Virus record (IMG/VR): IMGVR_UViG_3300046823_000293
Location: 1-43,473 of that record
Direction: 5' to 3' (one strand)
DNA from: a virus
Taxonomy: Duplodnaviria; Caudoviricetes
DNA length: 43,473 bases
In this document: positions 1 through 7,015 of the stretch, in pieces
Position numbering within the stretch: position 1 is the first letter of the stretch
Layout: every line of letters begins with the position of its first letter
Notes under the pieces: model-generated
What the model was told of the DNA's origin: nothing
Database searches by the model: none
What the model saw: the letters and a program-made list of their open reading frames with translations, nothing else
Made by a program: the position numbers and the translations under genes

Positions 1-286
1 GCATCTGGAGCGGGTAGAGCAGGATCTGGCCATCGCGGATTATGTAGCGGACCTCTGCGACGTCGAAGCAGCAGTTAGTTACCGTGACCATTCTGGGATC
101 GCGGCTGCGGATGCGAATGGCGCCATCCTCGGCTGCGTCGAACAGGATGCCGTAAATCAAGCCAGTCCCTTCGGCCAATGCGTTCTCGATATTCGCGTCT
201 CTATCGCCCCCGCCCTTCTCCGGGACGGCGTGGTTCCACGGGAAGGACTCGATCTCCTTGATACGCAGTTTGCGCCGCCACCTCAC
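1..286 (-). CDS. 5' part of an origin-spanning hypothetical protein (about 111 aa; MRWRRKLRIKEIESF...), carrying allele A of the variable segment
   Basis: GTG at 286 overlaps the upstream stop (GTGA), with GAGGAG RBS; the frame is open into the 43215..43442 ORF across the overlap. Confidence 0.75.
   Translation of the reverse strand, partial: MRWRRKLRIKEIESFPWNHAVPEKGGGDRDANIENALAEGTGLIYGILFDAAEDGAIRIRSRDPRMVTVTNCCFDVAEVRYIIRDGQILLYPLQM
83..209. repeat. 127-bp exact copy of the contig end (43347-43473), preceded by a divergent 82-bp segment homologous to 43271-43346
   Basis: Direct base-by-base comparison: identity from 83/43347 to the end; upstream 8 transitions plus a 6-nt indel. Confidence 0.95.
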
Positions 287-504
287 CTGTCCGTCTCCTC
301 TGAGGTCGGGTGACGCTCGCGGACGACGAAATCAAGCTGGGGAGCGTCGAGTTCGTAGCGCCTGTCGCAACACTCCGCGTAATCAAGCTCCCCGCCGTTG
401 TACCAGAGGGTTATCGGCTTGCCGCAGACTTCGCAGTTGGTGTCGTAGGTCCATGTGTCGAGTTGGATATCGGCAACCCGCCGCTTCTCCTTCCAGTTAA
501 ACAT
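283..504 (-). CDS. Small Cys-rich (zinc-ribbon-like) hypothetical protein
   Basis: CEVC...CC; ATG at 504 after GAGGAG; coupled to neighbours. Confidence 0.7.
   Translation of the reverse strand: MFNWKEKRRVADIQLDTWTYDTNCEVCGKPITLWYNGGELDYAECCDRRYELDAPQLDFVVRERHPTSEETDR
289..308 (-). repeat. RBS-containing junction repeat CGACCTCAGAGGAGAC(GGAC); other copies at 510-525 and 43224-43243
   Basis: Exact 16-bp core in three consecutive gene junctions, 20 bp between two copies; the proteins all end TSEET. Confidence 0.9.
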
Positions 505-685
505 CGCGAGTCTCCTCTGAGGTCGGATTGAAGCTGATCGGACCTTCAAGGGGCGCTCCGCAGGCGCGACATTTGCCTGGCCAGTTGAACTCGTCGGGGT
601 CGATGTTGCTGACCTCTACCGCTCGGCCATCAGCTGAGCAGAACCAGACCCAAACACGATCTCCGCGTTCTAGCTTGCCGCTCAT
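497..685 (-). CDS. Small hypothetical protein (CxxC)
   Basis: ATGA overlap, GGGAG RBS. Confidence 0.7.
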   Translation of the reverse strand: MSGKLERGDRVWVWFCSADGRAVEVSNIDPDEFNWPGKCRACGAPLEGPISFNPTSEETRDV

Positions 686-930
686 TCCGTCTCCCTTGGA
701 GTGGGGTTCTTGCCTGTGCCTGACGCGACTTCAAGCTCCTTGACACGCAGCCGCTCGACAGCCAATGCCTCTCCGAGCCGATCCATTTGGCCGAAGATCC
801 AACTCAGCGCCCCGGCTTCGCTCTTGATTCCCTGCGGTTTCAGCCACTCGTTTGCGACATGGCGAACGTAGAGGTCGAAGTCAACTGTCCGCTCGCAATA
901 CGGACAGCGAAACTCGATTCCCTCAGCCAT
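682..930 (-). CDS. Small C2H-type zinc-finger-like protein (MAEGIEFRCPYC...)
   Basis: CPYC...H motif; ATG at 930 overlaps the upstream stop. Confidence 0.7.
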   Translation of the reverse strand: MAEGIEFRCPYCERTVDFDLYVRHVANEWLKPQGIKSEAGALSWIFGQMDRLGEALAVERLRVKELEVASGTGKNPTPRETE

Positions 931-1213
931 TGGCCGCCATCTTCCCGGTCGCGTGGTCGAAGAACTCACGTTCAGCCTGTACGCGGTCGCGACGCGCAAT
1001 ACCTTTCCAGCCGCACAAGCACCCGAACCTGTATCCGTTATCAACCCGCCTGCCCTGCGGCCAAGGGTCGTCGCCCCATGCCTCATCCCGGGCGCGCTCG
1101 ACAGCGTCCCAGTCGAGAGAGTCGTCGGACTCAAGCCAATCGCGCAGAGCCTGCGTCGCAGCCGACAGCTCGGCTTGCTTCAACACCTCCACCTCCCTCT
1201 CCTTATTGGGCAT
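923..1213 (-). CDS. Hypothetical protein (CLCGW...H motif)
   Basis: TGATG coupling at 1213. Confidence 0.7.
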   Translation of the reverse strand: MPNKEREVEVLKQAELSAATQALRDWLESDDSLDWDAVERARDEAWGDDPWPQGRRVDNGYRFGCLCGWKGIARRDRVQAEREFFDHATGKMAANG

Positions 1214-1554
1214 CAGGATGGGTCTTTCAGAGTCTCTAGGGCGGCGTGTAGGGCGTCTCGGGCCTCCGCTGGCGTTGGCAGAATCCCTTCGTATTCGTGC
1301 ACCCAACCAACAACCCCTCGCACCGCCTCGACCGCCTCATCCCCCAGCAGCCGCTCACTGAACTCATCTAGTAGCTGGGCTCGTATGGCAGGGAGGGCGG
1401 CAGCGAGAATTACACGGGCATCGCCGCGCCATTCCTCCTGTTCGGCTTCTCCCACATCCCGCCAAGGGACTTCGGGTTCCTCGCCCGCCGTCTGGTAGAG
1501 ATCGCAAAGTGTTCGCGCGACCGCCTCAGCCTCGGGACTTATCTCAGCCGGCAT
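1213..1554 (-). CDS. Hypothetical phage protein
   Basis: Coupled ORF with GGAGG RBS; helical Ala/Glu-rich sequence. Confidence 0.7.
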   Translation of the reverse strand: MPAEISPEAEAVARTLCDLYQTAGEEPEVPWRDVGEAEQEEWRGDARVILAAALPAIRAQLLDEFSERLLGDEAVEAVRGVVGWVHEYEGILPTPAEARDALHAALETLKDPS

Positions 1555-1892
1555 CAGCTACCTCCTTGAGAGTCGAGGGCGGCCCGCGCCGTTCTCATCG
1601 CCCAATCAATCCACGCACTGGAAGACATGTCCTCGGTTTCGCGGGCGTCGATGATCTGTTCCAGCGCCCCCCGCAACCGCGTCCGTTCGTCACGCAACTC
1701 TTGAGAGTCGAGGGCGTCTTCGAGCTTGCGGGAGATTGCGGCGTAGAAGACTTCGGCCTCCTCGGCTAGCTGCGTGTGGTACATGACCGAAGACGACGAG
1801 GCGTAGCGTTGGAGGTCCCGCGCCTCCTCCCGCGTCAACTCAACACAGACCCTCCCCTCTTCTATGGAGTGTGGGTCTGCCTTCTCAGCCAT
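1554..1892 (-). CDS. Hypothetical phage protein
   Basis: Coupled ORF; internal 17-bp repeat (1565-1581, 1700-1716) encoding ALDSQ twice. Confidence 0.7.
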   Translation of the reverse strand: MAEKADPHSIEEGRVCVELTREEARDLQRYASSSSVMYHTQLAEEAEVFYAAISRKLEDALDSQELRDERTRLRGALEQIIDARETEDMSSSAWIDWAMRTARAALDSQGGS

Positions 1893-2051
1893 CTACTTGC
1901 CTTCCTCTCGGGGGTCGATGCGGGGCCGCGTGTTGTTGCGGTCGTCTTCGCGAAGTTCACGGTGGAGATTTGCTAGGTGGGACTGGCGCTGACTGAAGCC
2001 GCGCTTTCCCTTGCCATGGAGCTTGTCGAGGCGGGCGAGTGGGCGTCTCAT
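1893..2051 (-). CDS. 52-aa basic hypothetical protein (not in ORF track)
   Basis: ATGA overlap with the XRE stop, GGAG RBS; its TAG abuts the next ATG at 1892. Confidence 0.6.
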   Translation of the reverse strand: MRRPLARLDKLHGKGKRGFSQRQSHLANLHRELREDDRNNTRPRIDPREEGK

Positions 2052-2590
2052 TGGTCCGCTCCATCGGGCCGCGCACCGCGCCGCGCACCGCGCCGTCCAC
2101 CGCGAACGTGCCGAATCTCTGCGCCTTGCCGAGCCGCGTTTTTCTCGCCCGGACCACCTGGGAGCGGCTCGAATTTGACTGTCACTTGATGCCCCAGCGC
2201 CCCGGCAAGGTCGGCCAGAGTGCGGAGCGTCAGGTTGCGCTCGCCCGAAAGAAGCTGGGTGACATGGCTCTTGCCGCAGCCGAGCCGCTTAGCCAATTCC
2301 TTGCGGGTGACCTTGCCCGAGTCTTGGTCGGGACCCATCAGGCGGCAGACCTCCTCGGTGGCCGCCAAGATCAGCGTCTCTTGGGCGACTAGGCGCTCAT
2401 AGTGCTTCGCCCGCTCATCCTTTACGTTCGGCTTGTAGTTCTTGCAAAGGTGGTCGTTGGGCTCACAGGGACGCTCTGGGTCGCATTGGTGCTCAGCGGT
2501 CATCAGAAGTTGAAGCCCTTCATCTCGCCGGTCTGCTCGCATAGCTGCGCGTCTCGGTCGGCGTGAGAGCAGACGACGCAAGATGCTCAC
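2048..2590 (-). CDS. XRE-family helix-turn-helix regulator
   Basis: TRKELAKRLGCGKSHVTQLLSGERNLTLRTLADLAGALG; GTG at 2590 with GGAGGG RBS. Confidence 0.85.
   Translation of the reverse strand: MSILRRLLSRRPRRAAMRADRRDEGLQLLMTAEHQCDPERPCEPNDHLCKNYKPNVKDERAKHYERLVAQETLILAATEEVCRLMGPDQDSGKVTRKELAKRLGCGKSHVTQLLSGERNLTLRTLADLAGALGHQVTVKFEPLPGGPGEKNAARQGAEIRHVRGGRRGARRGARPDGADQ
2068..2104. repeat. 37-bp exact copy of part of the 12-bp tandem array (identical to 3729-3765)
   Basis: gccgcgcaccgcgccgcgcaccgcgccgtccaccgcg at both loci. Confidence 0.9.
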
Positions 2591-2618
2591 CCTCCACTCC
2601 CCTGGGGACTCAAGTGGG
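2566..2618. repeat. 53-bp exact direct repeat, copy 1 (copy 2 at 4598-4650)
   Basis: agagcagacgacgcaagatgctcaccctccactcccctggggactcaagtggg; spans a stop, RBS, GTG start and codons for MSILRRLL. Confidence 0.95.
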
Positions 2619-2769
2619 GGTCTGGGTTGTCTGAGTTCAGGGCGGCTCGGGCTTTTCTGAGATCGCCTGCGGTCAGTCGCCAAGTGCAGGTGGAGTCGTC
2701 GGTGAAGGCGGCCGAGCGACCGTCGCCGCCGTTACCGGGCGGCCTGAGGAGGTGCCGACGGACGATCAT
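2587..2769 (-). CDS. Small hypothetical protein
   Basis: ATGA and GTGA coupling on both sides. Confidence 0.6.
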   Translation of the reverse strand: MIVRRHLLRPPGNGGDGRSAAFTDDSTCTWRLTAGDLRKARAALNSDNPDPHLSPQGSGG

Positions 2770-4124
2770 GTCTCGACCGTCGGGGCGTAGGTCTCGCCGC
2801 GCTCACCGTAGGTGGAGGCGAGGGCGTTGTGGACGGTGAGCGGCTGTGGGTCACCGAACTTCCCGCCGTCGAGCAGCGGGCGAAGTTCGGGATGTACCCA
2901 CAGTGAATATTTCTTCCACGATCCGTCCGGCTCGGGCGTCGAGTTGCGACAGAGGACGCAGATGAATTCCTCGCCACCGTCAGGGTTCGGCATCCGCCAG
3001 AGCTCGGCATCGATGAGGCCGGGGAAGGGTGGCTCGTGGACCTTGTCGATCAGCTCCCCGCCGGCCTGCTTGATGTATTCGGCCTGGCCGCCGGGAAGCA
3101 TCTCCATGTAGGCGCGGCGCAACTCGGCGTTCCGCTCCTTCGTGATCCGGTCGGCGTTCAGCCAGCCCGGCTCAGTGAAAGCCTCGGCCGGGACCCGCAG
3201 GCCGTGCCAGAAATACAGCTCCCAGCCATCCCAGGCGATCGCCGGGCCGTCCTCACAATGGAGGCGGTGCGATCCCCAACCTCGGGGCGCGACCTGCTCG
3301 CGCCGGACGTACTTCGGGCGCTCGCAGACCATGACAAAGTTCTTGTGCGGCCACCACCAGCCGACCGTGCTTGCCTTTTCGTAGGCCCGCGAGCGATCCC
3401 ATATGTCGCCCTCCAACTCGAGGTCACAGTGGTCACGGAAGAAACTGACCCAGGCTGAACCCCAGTAGCGCCCCCCCGTCCACCACTGACCACCGAGCCT
3501 GTAGGACCAGTAGCGGCGAACGGCCTGTCGCACCGCGTCGTCCACCGCGCCGCCCACCGCGTCGCCCACCGCGTCGCCCACCGCGCCGTCCACCGCGCCG
3601 TCCACCGCGTCGCGCACCGCGTCGCCCACCGCGTCGTCCACCGCGCCGTCCACCGCGCCGCGCACCGCGTCGTCCACCGCGTCGTCCACCGCGCCGCGCA
3701 CCGCGTCGCCCACCGCGTCGCCCACCGCGCCGCGCACCGCGCCGCGCACCGCGCCGTCCACCGCGCCGCGCACCGCGCCGTCCACCGCGCCGTCCACCGC
3801 GTCGTCCACCGCGTCGTCCACCGCGTCGCCCACCGCGTCGCCCACCGCGCCGCGCACATCGGCTCGCGGGCTAACACCCGCGAGCCTCCCCTCGATGATC
3901 GAAGCGGCGATCGGGAAGGCCAAGGCGCCGACGAGCGGATTGGGAACCCGGACGACGACGGCAGGCCACTCGACGCTGGCGAACTCATAACAAGCCTTGG
4001 CGCCCTCCTCCCATTCGTTCCAGTCGGGGTCACTGACGTCGAGCGACTTTGCGATCCAGTAGTCGGCGTGAGAGTGCATGGCGGCCTTCTGGGCCGTGGT
4101 GAGAGTGTCGATTCGCTTAGGCAT
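2766..4124 (-). CDS. DUF6745-type protein with internal AVxx tetrapeptide repeat
   Basis: GWWWP...VMVCERP...RLHCEDGPAIAWDGWELYFWHG...NAELRR...RNSTPEPDGSWKKY.LWV.P C-terminal motifs. Confidence 0.85.
   Translation of the reverse strand: MPKRIDTLTTAQKAAMHSHADYWIAKSLDVSDPDWNEWEEGAKACYEFASVEWPAVVVRVPNPLVGALAFPIAASIIEGRLAGVSPRADVRGAVGDAVGDAVDDAVDDAVDGAVDGAVRGAVDGAVRGAVRGAVGDAVGDAVRGAVDDAVDDAVRGAVDGAVDDAVGDAVRDAVDGAVDGAVGDAVGDAVGGAVDDAVRQAVRRYWSYRLGGQWWTGGRYWGSAWVSFFRDHCDLELEGDIWDRSRAYEKASTVGWWWPHKNFVMVCERPKYVRREQVAPRGWGSHRLHCEDGPAIAWDGWELYFWHGLRVPAEAFTEPGWLNADRITKERNAELRRAYMEMLPGGQAEYIKQAGGELIDKVHEPPFPGLIDAELWRMPNPDGGEEFICVLCRNSTPEPDGSWKKYSLWVHPELRPLLDGGKFGDPQPLTVHNALASTYGERGETYAPTVET
3528..3857. 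repeat. Coding tandem array of about 27 x 12-bp units GCGGTG(GGC/GAC/CGC)(GAC/GGC)
   Basis: Directly visible; encodes AVGD/AVDD/AVDG/AVRG. Confidence 0.95.
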
Positions 4125-4193
4125 GGGGGCAGTGATCTCCTGAAGTTGGAGGGCGGGGCCCGTCGCCCCGCCCTGGGTATGGACCGGGGGTTG

Positions 4194-4622
4194 TCAGTCC
4201 GAGACGAGCTCGATGCCGCCGGCCTGGCTGTACTCGCGCTGACGCCGGACCTCGTAGGCGCCCGGCTCGAGCGTCACCGTGTCGTGCTCGGGATGAGTGA
4301 GCGCGACGCCGGCGGCCTCGGCCGTGATGGCCTCCGCCTCCGCGACGACCAGGTAGCGGTCCTCGGGCGAGCCGAGATCCTTGGCGAAGAAGGTCGCCTC
4401 CGGCGCCTCGATCATATGGAGGTGGCCGGTGGCCTCCCCCTCGGCGAGGACGATCTTGCCGTCCTCCCGGGGTACCTCTTTGAGCCCGTCCGGCAGCTTC
4501 TCCACCGGCACGAGCAGGATGTCGCCTTGACGCTTCACGGAACTGCTCCTTTCGTCGTTGGGTTGAGTCGTGGAAGTTGGGGATACGGCCTGCGGGCAGA
4601 GCAGACGACGCAAGATGCTCAC
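4194..4622 (-). CDS. Conserved partner of DUF6745 proteins (RQGD...LAEGEATGH.H...HPEH...RRQREY)
   Basis: His-rich beta-fold motif that I recall is usually adjacent to DUF6745 genes in phages. Confidence 0.8.
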   Translation of the reverse strand: MSILRRLLCPQAVSPTSTTQPNDERSSSVKRQGDILLVPVEKLPDGLKEVPREDGKIVLAEGEATGHLHMIEAPEATFFAKDLGSPEDRYLVVAEAEAITAEAAGVALTHPEHDTVTLEPGAYEVRRQREYSQAGGIELVSD

Positions 4623-4650
4623 CCTCCACTCCCCTGGGGACTCAAGTGGG
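4598..4650. repeat. 53-bp exact direct repeat, copy 2
   Basis: Identical to 2566-2618; offset 2032 bp. Confidence 0.95.
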
Positions 4651-4900
4651 ACCGCTCAGAAGTTCTTCCAGCAGCCATAGCTGCCCTTTGGTTTGGGTGG
4701 GGCAGAGGCGGCTCGGAGAAGAAGTGCTCATGGGAGGAGACGACATCGACGAGATCGCTGCCGAGGAAGACGGTCGGCTCGAGCCCTTCGATCTCCGCGA
4801 GTTCGGCTGCGACCACAGGCCCCAGATGGTCGGCCGCCTCGAATGTCTCAATGGAATGGAGATCGTGGGAGGCGGTGCGGCGGACGAGGAATTGCTTCAC
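4619..4900 (-). CDS. Hypothetical protein
   Basis: GTG start with GGGAG RBS; shares the C-terminus HLSPQGSGG with 2587..2769. Confidence 0.6.
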   Translation of the reverse strand: MKQFLVRRTASHDLHSIETFEAADHLGPVVAAELAEIEGLEPTVFLGSDLVDVVSSHEHFFSEPPLPHPNQRAAMAAGRTSERSHLSPQGSGG

Positions 4901-5208
4901 GGCCGCTCTCCCGTGCGTCTACTACCTACTGAACGGTCCCGCTGCTCCCTATCTAGTACCGACTCAACGGCGGTCTGGGAGCGGCTCAGGCACGAAGGCT
5001 TCGCGCTTTTCGTAGCGGGTCCGACCTTGATGAAGCCGCCGCCGAGAGCCAGAAGCGCGAACTTCGCGGCAGGGGAGTGGAAAGCGGCTGAAGGGATTGG
5101 CGTATAGCGAATAGCAGACACTAGACGGCCTGCTACTGCGGAGAATCGGGTGCTGGCCGCTGCTGAGTGCGCCCTACGCTGCTCACCAAAATGTGCCCGT
5201 CTAGCCAT
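4897..5208 (-). CDS. Doubtful ORF overlapping a probable regulatory or att region
   Basis: Coupled at both ends, but codon usage is atypical and it contains three degenerate operator-like motifs. Confidence 0.3.
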   Translation of the reverse strand: MARRAHFGEQRRAHSAAASTRFSAVAGRLVSAIRYTPIPSAAFHSPAAKFALLALGGGFIKVGPATKSAKPSCLSRSQTAVESVLDREQRDRSVGSRRTGERP

Positions 5209-5398
5209 GCTTCGCCGCCTTCCGCTGCTTCCGGCGCTTCGCCCTTCGCGCCGCCGTGCTTGGCTTCGTCATCTTTGTCCCATCGGACCGCTTCTTCCGT
5301 TTCTTCGGGGTATCCGACCAAAGGCCACCGACCTCCAACCGACCGCCGCTCCCCTTGATTCCTGTGTCGATCTGCTCAAAGTCTCCCCTGCTACCCAT
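5201..5398 (-). CDS. Small highly basic protein
   Basis: Lys/Arg-rich C-terminus; 8-bp overlaps with neighbours. Confidence 0.6.
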   Translation of the reverse strand: MGSRGDFEQIDTGIKGSGGRLEVGGLWSDTPKKRKKRSDGTKMTKPSTAARRAKRRKQRKAAKHG

Positions 5399-5669
5399 GC
5401 TTCGCCACCGACCTCTCTGCCGACCGCCGCAGAACTTCAGCAGGCTTCAGGTCAGCACGGTGCAGCAGCCCTTCGCCATCGTGGACGTAGCGGACCGGAG
5501 AGATCGTGCCGTCGTCGTTCTCCAGCGGCAGGATAATCTCGGCGCCCTTCGCGGTCCGCTCGATCCGGTCCAGCATCAACTGCTGTCCCTCGCGGTCCTC
5601 GCCGTACTCCTCGCGGAGCTGAGAGACGGTCCGCATGGTCGGCTGGTCGGAGACGGTCTTGTCAGCCAT
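5391..5669 (-). CDS. Hypothetical protein (MADKTVSD...)
   Basis: ATG at 5669 overlaps the integrase stop. Confidence 0.65.
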   Translation of the reverse strand: MADKTVSDQPTMRTVSQLREEYGEDREGQQLMLDRIERTAKGAEIILPLENDDGTISPVRYVHDGEGLLHRADLKPAEVLRRSAERSVAKHG

Positions 5670-6804
5670 TCGCGGCCTCGCCATCCTCAACGGCCCGCAG
5701 CTTGGGCGGCGCGTTGAAGACCCGTCGCATCTGCTGGCGGGCGATCTCATCCCGCGGGTGGCCGTAGGTGTCTTCGATCAGCTTCGTGCCCTGGTGCCCT
5801 AGCTGTTTGGCGATCGCCCAGAGTTCGACGCCTTCCTCGATCAGGAACGTCGCGCAGAAGTGCCGGAGCTCGTAGAAGTCCATGCTCCCCTTCGCTCGAG
5901 CCGCACGGAACTGCTGCCGCCTCGCCTCGGGAAGGGTCGCCTCGAAAGCCACGCGGATCGGCTTCCAGTAGATCGAGAGGGCGGGCTGCGTGACCCGCTG
6001 GCCTTCTTTCCCGGCAAAGACGTGCTCGGCGTGGGCGCGGCGCGGCATCTCCCGAAGTGCCTGAGCGGCCGGCGGGGGCAGGTAGACGACCCGCGACTTG
6101 CCGTTCTTTGGAGACGTCAGGCGCCGCTTATGGAATTGGCGCTGAACGTGGATCGTCTCGGCCTTGAAGTCGATGTCGCTCCAGTTGAGCCCGAATATCT
6201 CGCTGGGCCGCAGTCCTGTGTAGGCGGCGAAGAGAACAAGGGAGCGGAGCGTCGGCCCGAAGGTGTCGTCGGAGCGCAGGGCAACATCGGCGAGCTCGTC
6301 CAGCTCCTCGCGGGTGATGGCGACGATGTTTTTCCGGCCCGCCCCGGTGGAGATCCCGAGGCGAGCGAACGGGTTGTCCAGGATCAGGTCTTCGTCCATC
6401 GCATCACCGAAGAAGGCGCGGAGAACCGAGATGTCGGCCTTGTGGTCGAGGGCGTAGGCGCGGGCCATCTTCCGGGTGATCTCGTTGAGCTTCCGGCTCC
6501 CATGCTGTTCCGTGAAGGCTTGCGCCGCCCGGTGGTACTTCTCGCAGGTCGACTCCTTCGGTCGGGGGAAGTCCCGGACCCAGCGGTCAGCGAAGGACTT
6601 GACCGTCTCCAGATTGGCGGGGAGGCGGCGCAGTTCCTCGATCTTGGCGAGCGCCGCTTTGGTCGCTTCCGCCTCGGTGTCGAAGGTCCCCGCATATTGC
6701 TTGCCGCCTCGGCCGGGGATGTACGGGAGGGCGGTCCAGCGCTCGCCTCTCCGCTTGACTCCATAGGTGTTCGGCTTCTTACCCACTCTCCACGCTCCTC
6801 CCAT
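5662..6804 (-). CDS. int: Tyrosine integrase (true start may be GTG at 6786)
   Basis: Catalytic set: TGLRPSE (R), PKNG (K), YELRH, QLGH, TYGH (Y); N-terminal arm-binding-like domain GTFDTEAEA. Confidence 0.95.
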   Translation of the reverse strand: MGGAWRVGKKPNTYGVKRRGERWTALPYIPGRGGKQYAGTFDTEAEATKAALAKIEELRRLPANLETVKSFADRWVRDFPRPKESTCEKYHRAAQAFTEQHGSRKLNEITRKMARAYALDHKADISVLRAFFGDAMDEDLILDNPFARLGISTGAGRKNIVAITREELDELADVALRSDDTFGPTLRSLVLFAAYTGLRPSEIFGLNWSDIDFKAETIHVQRQFHKRRLTSPKNGKSRVVYLPPPAAQALREMPRRAHAEHVFAGKEGQRVTQPALSIYWKPIRVAFEATLPEARRQQFRAARAKGSMDFYELRHFCATFLIEEGVELWAIAKQLGHQGTKLIEDTYGHPRDEIARQQMRRVFNAPPKLRAVEDGEAANG

Positions 6805-7015
6805 GATCGGCCAGCCAGGACCGGCACTCGGACAGGAGAAATCTACGCTTCCCGACCCGCATCGTGGAAGGCATTCCTTCGGCCATCCTCTGCTCGATCC
6901 ATCGGCCGGACTTGCCGAGGAGCGGTTCGAGCTGCCTCTTCGTCAGCTCTGGCTCGGAGGTTCGCCCGAAGTCGACCACAGCGAGATTGCCTTCTGTCGT
7001 GACGAGGCCGCGCAT
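6779..7015 (-). CDS. xis: Excisionase-like winged-helix protein
   Basis: LTKRQL...GKSGRWIEQR..EGMP....GKRRFLLSE..SWL, immediately upstream of int. Confidence 0.75.
   Translation of the reverse strand: MRGLVTTEGNLAVVDFGRTSEPELTKRQLEPLLGKSGRWIEQRMAEGMPSTMRVGKRRFLLSECRSWLADHGRSVESG

Noticed and set aside
1-82. Classical DGR template/variable repeat pair
   Set aside because: No reverse transcriptase in the genome; differences are bidirectional transitions rather than A-to-N; the two copies are the same locus on the circle.
1957-2157. 66-aa ORF containing AVDGAVRGAVRG
   Set aside because: Overlaps two better-coupled genes (2048..2590 and 1893..2051) and lacks a clear RBS.
3528-3857. CRISPR array
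   Set aside because: Contiguous 12-bp units without unique spacers, in frame within a protein.
3158-4033. 291-aa ORF with WTTR/CAAR repeats
   Set aside because: Alternative frame of the tandem array inside the DUF6745 gene.
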